From NCBI GenBank assembly GCA_017550315.1, contig JAFZPN010000167.1, forward strand, positions 2,018-66,017: a stretch of 64,000 nt of DNA, given 5' to 3'. The DNA comes from Clostridia bacterium. Lineage in GTDB: Bacteria > Bacillota > Clostridia > Oscillospirales > CAG-272. Both the position numbers and the translations under genes were made by a program. Positions 1 to 8,131 of the stretch are shown in pieces. Each line of letters starts with the position of its first letter. Position 1 is the stretch's first letter. The notes below the pieces were generated by a model. That model saw nothing but the letters and a program-made list of their open reading frames with translations, ran no database searches and was not told the origin of the DNA.

Positions 1-1
1 G

Positions 2-247
2 ATGGAGATCATCTACGACGAGGTCAAGCGCGGGATCATCCCGCCGGCCTCCGAGCTCTACGAAGTCGTCGATCCGATGTTCGCATCAGGGTGCGACTGC
101 GCGATCCTCGGGTGCACGGAGCTCTCGCTGATCGGCAAGCAGATGCAGGACGACCCCCGCATCGTCGATTCCCTCACCGTACTCGCCGACTGCGCGATCC
201 GGCTGATGGGCCACGAGACCACCGGATTCCCCCCATTCTATGCATGA
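2..247 (+). CDS. Asp/Glu racemase family protein, C-terminal fragment (5' end outside window)
   Basis: Frame is open to the window edge. AILGCTELSLIG contains the second catalytic-Cys GCTE motif typical of aspartate/glutamate racemases. Confidence 0.6.
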   Translation: MEIIYDEVKRGIIPPASELYEVVDPMFASGCDCAILGCTELSLIGKQMQDDPRIVDSLTVLADCAIRLMGHETTGFPPFYA

Positions 248-261
248 GACAGAGGCAGACG

Positions 262-1743
262 ATGGAAATCCTCTTAGACAATCTGCTCGCTGCCTGTTCC
301 GGAGAGATCCGGGGCAGCACGGCGGGCCGCACGATCGGAAAGGTCGAGTACGATTCCCGCAAGGCGGATCCCTTGACCCTCTTCTTCTGCCTCCCCGGCG
401 CCCGCGCGGACGGTCACGACTATGCCCCGTCGGCGTATGAGGCCGGATGCAGGGCGTTCGTCGTCGAGCGGTTCCTCCCCCTGCCGGAGGACGCCGTTCA
501 GTTCCGGGTGACGGACGCGCGGGAAGCGCTCGCGTATATCTCCGCCCGGTTTTACGGCGATCCCGCGAAGGACCTCTGCATCATCGGCGTGACCGGGACG
601 AAGGGCAAGACCACGACGTCGCTACTCATCTCCGGCATCCTCTCCTCCTGCGGCATCCCCTGCGCCTACATCGGCACCAACGGCGTCGTCATCGGCGGCG
701 AGCACTTCGAGACCGTCAACTCGACCCCCGAGAGCCGCGAGCTGCACCGCTTCTTTGCCATGATGCGGGACCGCGGCTTCACCCACGTCGCGATGGAGGT
801 GTCCTCGCAGGCCCTCGATCACGCGCGCGTGAAGGGGATCCCCTTCGACACCGTGATCTTCACGAATCTCACGGAGGACCACGTCAGCCCGACGGAGCAC
901 GCGACCTTCGAGGACTACCGCGACGCCAAGCGCAAGCTCTTCCGGGACTACGGCGCGAAGCACGTGATCGCCAACGCGGACGACCCCTACACGCCGTATA
1001 TGACGGAGAGTGTGTTGGACCGGACCGTAACCTACGGCATCGACGCCCCGGCGGACTACACGGCGGCGGATATCGTGCGGTACCGGGACGAGACCTGCCT
1101 CGGGGTGGAATTCGAGATGACGGCGCGCGGGAAGACGACGCATGTACGCCTGAGGCAGCCGGGCCGGTTCAGCGCATCCAACGGGCTGGCGGCGATCGCG
1201 GCGGCGGACTGCCTGGGGATCCCGCCCGAAAAAGCGGCGGAAGCGGCGGCGAAGCTCTCGGTCCGGGGACGGATGGAGATGGTCGACGCGATCCCGGGGA
1301 TCACGTTCATCATCGACTACGCGCACAACGGGGTCAGTCTCGTGAGCGCCCTGACGGAGCTGCGCGCCTATCATCCGGATCGGCTGGTCTGCGTCTTCGG
1401 CTGCATCGGCGGGCGGACGTATCACCGCAGGCGGGAGCTGGCGGAAGCGGCGTCCTCGCTCGCGGACTTCACCGTCATCACGTCGGACAATCCCGATTTC
1501 GAGGATCCGCGCGACATCATCGAGGATGTGATGCAGTACTTCGATCGCTCGAAGCTGTACGTCACGATCCCCGACCGGGAAGAGGCGGTCCGGTTTGCGG
1601 TCCGCACGGCCAAGCGGGGAGACATCGTCCTCTTCGCCGGAAAGGGTCACGAGAATTACCAGATCGTGCGCGGCGAAAAGGTCCCGTTCTCCGAGCGGTC
1701 GGTCCTGCTCGACGAAGCGGCCAAAGAACTCGCGCCGGTGTAA
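262..1743 (+). CDS. murE: UDP-N-acetylmuramoyl-L-alanyl-D-glutamate--2,6-diaminopimelate ligase
   Basis: Start moved to ATG 262 (MEILLDNLL), because the upstream part of ORF 91..1743 overlaps the racemase. Mur ligase P-loop GVTGTKGKTTT plus DYAHNG, TSDNPDFEDP and GKGHE motifs. Confidence 0.85.
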   Translation: MEILLDNLLAACSGEIRGSTAGRTIGKVEYDSRKADPLTLFFCLPGARADGHDYAPSAYEAGCRAFVVERFLPLPEDAVQFRVTDAREALAYISARFYGDPAKDLCIIGVTGTKGKTTTSLLISGILSSCGIPCAYIGTNGVVIGGEHFETVNSTPESRELHRFFAMMRDRGFTHVAMEVSSQALDHARVKGIPFDTVIFTNLTEDHVSPTEHATFEDYRDAKRKLFRDYGAKHVIANADDPYTPYMTESVLDRTVTYGIDAPADYTAADIVRYRDETCLGVEFEMTARGKTTHVRLRQPGRFSASNGLAAIAAADCLGIPPEKAAEAAAKLSVRGRMEMVDAIPGITFIIDYAHNGVSLVSALTELRAYHPDRLVCVFGCIGGRTYHRRRELAEAASSLADFTVITSDNPDFEDPRDIIEDVMQYFDRSKLYVTIPDREEAVRFAVRTAKRGDIVLFAGKGHENYQIVRGEKVPFSERSVLLDEAAKELAPV

Positions 1744-1764
1744 ATTTAAAAAGACAAAGAAAAA

Positions 1765-1803
1765 GGAGCGTACGCGGGAAAACGTGCGCTCCTATGTTGT
1801 TTG
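1765..1803 (+). terminator. rho-independent terminator after murE
   Basis: GGAGCGTACG / CGTGCGCTCC stem with an 8-nt loop, followed by T-rich TATGTTGTTTG. Confidence 0.6.
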
Positions 1804-1852
1804 TATCCGATCCGCTCATACTATTCTCATTCTAAATAATAGATTAGCAACC

Positions 1853-2009
1853 ACACCTCATCCGCCCCTAACGGGGCACCTTCTCCTCGAGGAGAAGGCT
1901 TTCTCAATGCAGTAGCATATTGAAGAAAGCTGTACACCGATTCGGTTGAACTGTGCGAGGCTTCCCCTTGAGGGGAAGCTGTCAGCCTCAAGGCTGACTG
2001 ATGAGGTGT
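1853..2009. repeat. cluster of consecutive palindromic hairpins enclosed by a 10-bp inverted repeat
   Basis: ACACCTCATC (1853-1862) pairs with GATGAGGTGT (2000-2009). Inside are hairpins at 1864-1877, 1879-1898 (perfect 20-nt palindrome), 1899-1930 (imperfect), 1960-1979 and 1981-1998. Confidence 0.6.
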
Positions 2010-2027
2010 TTTAGGTTGAGATTAGTA

Positions 2028-3206
2028 TCAATCCCCGAGGATGACCGCTTCGGCGGCGATCTTCTCCATCAGCGCCTGCCAGAGGACCGAGGTGCGGAGA
2101 TTCTCTTCGCCGTAGTAGTCGAGGATCTCCTCCGTCGTCATGCCGTTGTACTCGGCATAGAACGCGATCCCGTCGGCGTACTCCTCTTCCGTCGGCGCGA
2201 CGCCGAGTTCCTTCACGAGAGAGTACATCACGAGGTCTTCCTTTACGTAGGCCTCGGCGGTCCCATAGATCTCGTCGTCCGTCGTCGCCATGTAGTTCGT
2301 GAGGAAGTTCGTGTAATCCGTTCCGTAGTAGGACGCGTAGGATTCATAGTAACTGCGCTGATCGGCGTAGATCCGGTGCACCGCGTCGACGGGATATTCC
2401 TTCACCGCCGAATTGTCGAGCACCTGCTGCCAGAGATCGGTGTACATCTGGCTGTTCACGTAATACGCCTTCTGCTTTTCCACGGTTTCCCGGTACGCGA
2501 TGCGGAATTCCTCGGCGTTGGCATAGGCAAAATTCGCGGTGACGAATTCGTCGTTGAGCTCCGGAACGATCAGATTGTCCGTCACGATCGCATGGACGGT
2601 CGTGACGAAGGTCACGGTCTGGCCGTTGAGGTCGTCGACGCCGTAGTCCGCCGGGAAGGCCACGTCAAAGGAGAATTCCTCCCCGATCGTCTTCCCGATG
2701 TATGCCTCGGCGAAGCCTTCGATATACCCGGTGCCGGAGGACGCGACCACTTCCTGATCGTATCCGGTCCCGCCGGCGAACGCGACGCCGTCCTTGTAGC
2801 CGGCATAGTCCACGCGCAGACGGTCGCCCTCGGAGACGGTCCCGTCGACGATTTCTTCATAGTAGGAATAGCTGTCGAGCATCGCTTCGATCTCGTCCTC
2901 GAATTCCTCGTCGGTGAGGACATCGGACATCTTCGACACGGCGAGTCCCTTGTAGTTGCCGACCTCGATGTATTTCGAGAGATCGATGGCCGTATAGTCG
3001 AACGCGGGGAGATTCGCCCACGCTTCCCATCCGGCGTGCGGGTCATCGTCGGACGAACCGGTGCCCGGGATGGGGTTGCCGCCGAGGGTGACGGTCGGAT
3101 TTCCGGCGATGTCCGCGATCGGTTTGTCGTCGTCTTCGGTTTTGCGGCATGCCGCACAAGTGCACAGAAGGGCTGCGGCGAGGAGGAGGGTCAGGATTCT
3201 TTTCAC
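2028..3206 (-). CDS. lipoprotein with trigger-factor-like FKBP-type PPIase and C-terminal chaperone-like domain
   Basis: Signal peptide with Cys (MKRILTLLLAAALLCTCAAC). The DYAGYKDGVAFAGGTG...GYIEGFAEAYIGKTIGEEFSFDVAFPADYG block resembles the trigger factor PPIase domain. Confidence 0.55.
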   Translation of the reverse strand: MKRILTLLLAAALLCTCAACRKTEDDDKPIADIAGNPTVTLGGNPIPGTGSSDDDPHAGWEAWANLPAFDYTAIDLSKYIEVGNYKGLAVSKMSDVLTDEEFEDEIEAMLDSYSYYEEIVDGTVSEGDRLRVDYAGYKDGVAFAGGTGYDQEVVASSGTGYIEGFAEAYIGKTIGEEFSFDVAFPADYGVDDLNGQTVTFVTTVHAIVTDNLIVPELNDEFVTANFAYANAEEFRIAYRETVEKQKAYYVNSQMYTDLWQQVLDNSAVKEYPVDAVHRIYADQRSYYESYASYYGTDYTNFLTNYMATTDDEIYGTAEAYVKEDLVMYSLVKELGVAPTEEEYADGIAFYAEYNGMTTEEILDYYGEENLRTSVLWQALMEKIAAEAVILGD

Positions 3207-3345
3207 GTTGTTCCTCGATTTCAGTGTGATAAAAAGGTGCCGGATACGGCGTATGACGTATTATAACATAGTTTTCGCCCGTCTGCCCGCCATTGGGGGA
3301 GAATTTACGTTTTGTTCATCGGATTCGCCGTTTTCCCCGCCGCTC

Positions 3346-3374
3346 TTGACATCGCTCCCCGATTGGATTATAAT
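3346..3374 (+). promoter_or_regulatory. sigma-A type promoter for the NUDIX gene
   Basis: TTGACA (3346-3351), 17-nt spacer, TATAAT (3369-3374). Confidence 0.6.
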
Positions 3375-3401
3375 GGAGAAAACCGAAGGGAGGCCACGGA
3401 C

Positions 3402-3890
3402 TTGTACATCACATCCCTCTGCTACGTGGAGCGGGACGGGGAATACCTGATGCTCCACCGCGTGAAGAAGGAGGAGGACCGCAACCGCGACAAATGGATC
3501 GGGATCGGCGGTTCCTTCCTCGAAGACGAGTCGCCCGAAGACTGCGTCCGGCGGGAAGCGCGCGAGGAGACCGGACTGACGCTCGTCACGCCCGTGCTGC
3601 GCGCCGTCATCACCTTCGTCGTCGAGGGCGGGGAGTCCGAACTCATGTTCCTCTTCACCTGCGAGGACTTCGCGGGAACCCTCATCGACTGCGACGAGGG
3701 CGAGCTCGCCTGGATCGCGAAGGAGAAGCTGTACGGCCTTGAGCTCTGGGAGGGCGATCGGATCTTCCTCGAAAAGATTGCTGCCCCCTGCCCCTTCTTC
3801 ACCCTGAAACTCGTTTACGACCGCGGCGGACGTCTCCTCTATGCCGAGGAAGACGGCGCGCGGGTCATCATCGACAGGAGGTCGACATGA
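3402..3890 (+). CDS. NUDIX hydrolase (MutT-like)
   Basis: Nudix box GGSFLEDESPEDCVRREAREETGL. Start set to TTG 3402, preceded by GAAGGGAGG and downstream of the promoter that lies inside the long ORF 3312..3890. Confidence 0.8.
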   Translation: MYITSLCYVERDGEYLMLHRVKKEEDRNRDKWIGIGGSFLEDESPEDCVRREAREETGLTLVTPVLRAVITFVVEGGESELMFLFTCEDFAGTLIDCDEGELAWIAKEKLYGLELWEGDRIFLEKIAAPCPFFTLKLVYDRGGRLLYAEEDGARVIIDRRST

Positions 3891-4633
3891 GGACTTTATC
3901 GATCGGCAACAGCTTCTCCCAGGATGCGTGCGGGTATCTGCATCAGACCGCCGCGTCCGCCGGAATCGACTGGGAGTGCGTGAACCTGTATATCGGCGGC
4001 TGCTCGCTGGAATACCACGCCGAAAACCTGCGCGAAGGGCGGCAGAATTACGCCTTTGAGATCAACGGCGCGGGCACGGGGCGGCAGGTCTCGATCCCCG
4101 AGGCGCTCGGAGAGATGGGACGCTTTGATTTCATCACGCTCCAGCAGGCGAGCCATTTCAGCGGCATGAAGGAGACGTACTTCCCCTTCATCCGTGAACT
4201 CTATGATGCCTGCCGTGCCGCTCAGCCGGACGCGGAGATCGTGATCCACGAGACCTGGGCGTACGAGACCGATTCGACGCACGGCGCGTTCCCGAACTAC
4301 GGCTCCGATCAGCGGCGGATGTACGCATGCCTGCGGGATGCCTACCGGGAGGCGGCGGAGGCGCTCGGCGTGCGTCTGATCCCGGTCGGCGACGCGGTCC
4401 AGTACCTGCGCGAGAACGTGCCTGCCTTCGACTATCCCCACGGCGGCGCGCCCCTCACCCGCGACGGATTCCATCTCGCGATCCCGGACGGGCGGTATCT
4501 TGCCGCGCTTGTGTGGATCGAGACCCTCGCCGGAGCCGACGCGCGGGATGCCCGGTACCTGCCCGAAGGGATGACCGAGGAACGCCGCGCGCTCCTTGCG
4601 GAAGAGATCCACGGATTCCTTCACCGCACGTGA
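3887..4633 (+). CDS. DUF4886 / SGNH-hydrolase-like protein
   Basis: N-terminal LSIGNSFSQD block. ATGA overlap with the NUDIX stop. Confidence 0.55.
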   Translation: MRTLSIGNSFSQDACGYLHQTAASAGIDWECVNLYIGGCSLEYHAENLREGRQNYAFEINGAGTGRQVSIPEALGEMGRFDFITLQQASHFSGMKETYFPFIRELYDACRAAQPDAEIVIHETWAYETDSTHGAFPNYGSDQRRMYACLRDAYREAAEALGVRLIPVGDAVQYLRENVPAFDYPHGGAPLTRDGFHLAIPDGRYLAALVWIETLAGADARDARYLPEGMTEERRALLAEEIHGFLHRT

Positions 4634-4692
4634 CTTGTGCGTTTCACACAAACCGAATGAATTTGTTTTGTCAGTTTGCACCAAAGAAAGCG

Positions 4693-4718
4693 GCCTGCCC
4701 ATGGAAACATCGGCAGGC
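4693..4718 (+). terminator. possible weak terminator hairpin
   Basis: GCCTGCC / GGCAGGC stem followed by TGTCTCTTGT. The U-tract is poor. Confidence 0.35.
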
Positions 4719-4724
4719 TGTCTC

Positions 4725-4753
4725 TTGTATCCGGATGTGAATTGTGTTATAAT
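4725..4753 (+). promoter_or_regulatory. promoter for the transaldolase-family gene
   Basis: TTGTAT (4725-4730), 17-nt spacer, TATAAT (4748-4753). Confidence 0.55.
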
Positions 4754-4786
4754 AGTACCGTAATCACATCAAAGGAAGTGTTAACT

Positions 4787-5467
4787 ATGTTATATCTGAT
4801 CGATACTGCCAATCTCGACGCGATCCGCACATGCTGCGAGTACTACCCCGTGGCGGGTGTGACGACGAATCCGACGATCATCTCGCGCGAGAATTCCGAT
4901 TTCAAGACGCTCGTGACCTCCATCCGGTCGATCATCGGCGACGAGCGGATGCTGCATGTCCAGACCACCGCGACCGAAGCCGAGGACATCGTGAAGGAGG
5001 CGGAAATGCTCCGCTCCCTCGTCGGCGGGAAGTTCTACATCAAGATCCCGATCACGAAGGAAGGGCTGAAGGCCGCGTCGGTCTGCAAGTCCCACGGCAT
5101 CGGCGTGACCATGACGGCGATCTTCACCCAGCCGCAGGCTCTCGTGGCGGCGCGCGCGGGTGCGGATTTCGTCGCGCCGTACATCAATCGCCTCGACAAC
5201 ATCGTCTCCGACGGCGTGCATGTCGTCGAAGAGATCGTCGACATCTACCGCCTGTATTCCCTGCCGACGCAGGTGCTCGCGGCCAGCTTCAAGAACGCCG
5301 AGCAGGTGCACAAGGTCTCCCTGACCGGTGCGCACGCGGTGACAATCAACCCCGATCTGTTCGACACGCTGCTCTACCATCCGCTGACGTTCTACGCCAT
5401 CGACGATTTCGCGAAGGACTGGGAGAATGTCTACGGGGAGAAAAAGGTCTCGGATCTGGTGAAATAA
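4787..5467 (+). CDS. transaldolase family protein (fructose-6-phosphate aldolase / TalC type)
   Basis: Start at ATG 4787 after AAAGGAAG. MLYLIDTANLD, GVTTNPTII, FYIKIPIT and TAIFT are characteristic of short transaldolases. Confidence 0.85.
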   Translation: MLYLIDTANLDAIRTCCEYYPVAGVTTNPTIISRENSDFKTLVTSIRSIIGDERMLHVQTTATEAEDIVKEAEMLRSLVGGKFYIKIPITKEGLKAASVCKSHGIGVTMTAIFTQPQALVAARAGADFVAPYINRLDNIVSDGVHVVEEIVDIYRLYSLPTQVLAASFKNAEQVHKVSLTGAHAVTINPDLFDTLLYHPLTFYAIDDFAKDWENVYGEKKVSDLVK

Positions 5468-5582
5468 GCCTGCAGGGGCGGGTTTCCCTGCGTTCTGGAC
5501 GGACAGGTCAAACTGGCCGTCCTTTTGTTTTGCCATGACGGACGCTCACAGCGGTCTGCTATTCAATCGCAGGACGGGCATC

Positions 5583-7901
5583 TCATTGCCTCTCCGCCAG
5601 CCAGATGGACACGCGGGACTGGATTTTTGCGGCGCAGTCCTCCGCCGATCCGACGCCGCCGAGAAAGGCGGAGATTTCCTCTTGAATGATTTCGCCGACT
5701 TCCGTGTATTTCTTGGTCCTGAACGCAGAAACTCCCGCTTCGTCGAGGATCCCGACGAGCTTCGCGTAGTCTTCTTCCGTGAATATCCCGCTGACGTGCG
5801 GAGACTGTCTGTCCTCGTCGGTGATCGTACCCTCGCCGCGGCTCCATTTTCCCCCTCTCCCATACCACCAGAGGTATTCGCGGCCGATGTACGGCTCCGC
5901 CATGCTGTCGAGCATTGTCCTCAGTGACGGGAATCCGCCCTGATACTCTTCGTCCGTGAAAAGCGCACGGCAGAATTCCCATGCGAGATCCGGCGCTTCG
6001 CAGGTCGACGGGATCATGAAGATGACCGACGATCCGGTACGAACGTTGATCCCCGCTCCCTCCCGCTCTTCGGACGCGGGATCGCCGATTGGGAACCAGT
6101 CCTTGGTACCGAACAGCAGGTGAAACCGCGAGAAATCCGTCAAGGAGGTTATGCTTCCGGCTGCCGTCATGATCCGCCCACTGAGATACGCTTCGGTCAG
6201 ATCGAGCTTTTCCATGTTCACATAGGGGGAGGTCTTCGCATATTCCGTCTCATTCGGGAGGGTGCGCAGAAAGTCCAGACAGCGAACGAAAGCGGGAGAA
6301 TCGAACGAACAGACGTCCCCGTCAATAAACTCGAGGAAAGACCCCGGTTTCGAGAGGAGCATCATCATCGTGCTCTGCGTGAGCTTTTCGGAATAATCGA
6401 CACCTTCGGGCAGCCCTTCCATATAATCGAGAATGTCGAAAATCGTCCAGAAGCCCTTTTCGGCGTACAGCCCGAGGTTCTCCGGCGTAGAGACGGTCAT
6501 GGATACCGCAAAATTCGTCGAAAGCCCCCACAGCCCGCCTTCTCCGTCGTCAAAAACACGTTCCACGGCATCGAAGAGATTATCGCGGGTGATGAGAGGA
6601 TCAGCGTCGAGGTAGGGCGAAAGATCGGTATAGAGCCCCTTTTCCGCCGCCGTCAGTAGATAGGACGAGGTCTCGTCTCCGAGCAGAATGTCGGGCTTGA
6701 AGACACCGGTTACCATATCCATCGCGAGCCGGTTTTCTCCGTCAGCAAACTCCGTATAGTCGTTGATTTCAATCTGAACGTCGGCATGTGTCCTGTTGAA
6801 ATCCGAAATCGCTCTCGTCACGGTGAGGGATAATGACGTGTTCGCAATTGCAAGATGCAGGATCCGTGCGTTTGATATATCGATATCTTCCCCGCGCATA
6901 TAGAGCACTGGACGGCGGCTGAACGACGCGTTCAGGGTATCGGTTTCGTCGACCGTAAAGATCATCGTATCCCTGTCCGCTGCAAACCAGAGCGCCGCGC
7001 CCTGAATGCCGGAATTGATGTAATTCAAAAGGCAGACCGGCGCTTCCTCGTCCGGATTCACGCCGAATATGCCGCCCGTGCCGTCGTTGATATAGAGACC
7101 GTAGCAGTAGTCGAATTCGCTTCCGCACGGGACGGGAATCCTCTCATCGGAGATGAAATCCCCGAAACGGGCATTTTCCGCGTCGTAAAAGGCGTAACCT
7201 GTGGCTCCCGAGCGGTCTGTGCATCTCGCGAGGATCGTTCCGTCGGGAAGCGTCATAAGTCCCTCCGCCTGTGTGTCCGGCGGAAGAATGGCGGAGCGCA
7301 CGGCCTTCCAGGACTTGTCGACAAACAGAAGCTCATCCTGCGACAGGACCGCCGTGTTTCCGTCCGCATCCCGCACCGCACCCGCAATCCCGAGCACCTG
7401 CCGGGGGAAGAGGGAATTGATCGTTTCGCTGATTTCCGCCTTTTTCTTTTTCCGGTTGAAACGCATCAGCCGGTAATGCCGGTTCGGCGTCGCGAGCACG
7501 ATGACCGCCTCGTCGGCGTAAATCGCTCCTTCCGCAGGACCTTCGACGGCGCTGCCCGGAAGTTCCGTCGCAGATTTTATTTCCCCCGCGCAGAGGTCTG
7601 CTGTCACGAGCACCGGAATCTCGAAAACGGACCAGCTCCCGTCCAATGTTTCCGTTTCAGCCGTTGTTTTCGCGAGATAGGTGAGTTCCCCGGCCTTCGC
7701 GTCCCAATACGGCGTGACGTTCATGTACAGCTCCGCGCCGTCCGGCAGAGGAAAGGCTGTTTCCTTGAAAATGTTTGTCTTGACGAAAGGGTTGTTTTCA
7801 TTCCCCTTCGCCGTTTGCTCTTCGCCGACCGATCTATTCCCGCATGCGGCAAGGCTGAAAAGCAAAAGGATCATCATAAACGGAATGATCTTTCGGCTCA
7901 T
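5583..7901 (-). CDS. lipoprotein, N-terminal repeat/propeller-like region fused to family-1 extracellular solute-binding domain
   Basis: Lipobox LFSLAAC. C-terminus ...AEDCAAKIQSRVSIWLAERQ is typical of sugar-type SBPs. Paralog of 8132..10354. Confidence 0.6.
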   Translation of the reverse strand: MSRKIIPFMMILLLFSLAACGNRSVGEEQTAKGNENNPFVKTNIFKETAFPLPDGAELYMNVTPYWDAKAGELTYLAKTTAETETLDGSWSVFEIPVLVTADLCAGEIKSATELPGSAVEGPAEGAIYADEAVIVLATPNRHYRLMRFNRKKKKAEISETINSLFPRQVLGIAGAVRDADGNTAVLSQDELLFVDKSWKAVRSAILPPDTQAEGLMTLPDGTILARCTDRSGATGYAFYDAENARFGDFISDERIPVPCGSEFDYCYGLYINDGTGGIFGVNPDEEAPVCLLNYINSGIQGAALWFAADRDTMIFTVDETDTLNASFSRRPVLYMRGEDIDISNARILHLAIANTSLSLTVTRAISDFNRTHADVQIEINDYTEFADGENRLAMDMVTGVFKPDILLGDETSSYLLTAAEKGLYTDLSPYLDADPLITRDNLFDAVERVFDDGEGGLWGLSTNFAVSMTVSTPENLGLYAEKGFWTIFDILDYMEGLPEGVDYSEKLTQSTMMMLLSKPGSFLEFIDGDVCSFDSPAFVRCLDFLRTLPNETEYAKTSPYVNMEKLDLTEAYLSGRIMTAAGSITSLTDFSRFHLLFGTKDWFPIGDPASEEREGAGINVRTGSSVIFMIPSTCEAPDLAWEFCRALFTDEEYQGGFPSLRTMLDSMAEPYIGREYLWWYGRGGKWSRGEGTITDEDRQSPHVSGIFTEEDYAKLVGILDEAGVSAFRTKKYTEVGEIIQEEISAFLGGVGSAEDCAAKIQSRVSIWLAERQ

Positions 7902-8131
7902 GACCATTTCTCCCACATCTTGATTTCGATATCAGTATAGCACACCAAGCTCATCCATTCAACAGGTTTCGCTGAAATACCACAGCGCGAACCCGACCAT
8001 GGATGAAACGCCATCGATCGGGATGATTCTCTTTTCATCCTCTCCTGTGTCCCCTTTTCGACTCGGTTGAGCTTGGCAGCGATGTTCTTGTCCCAGCAGT
8101 TGAGCGTAACTGTTTACGGGGATATGGCAGC

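Noticed and set aside
447-1835. 462-aa plus-strand ORF, and the 342-aa minus-strand ORF 622..1650, overlapping murE
   Set aside because: They are alternative-frame or antisense products of murE, whose Mur-ligase motifs identify the true frame.
7917-8131. Possible transposase or gene remnant in the gap between the two lipoprotein genes (ORF 8035..8259)
   Set aside because: No recognisable motif, no repeats and no RBS. It is treated as an ordinary intergenic region.
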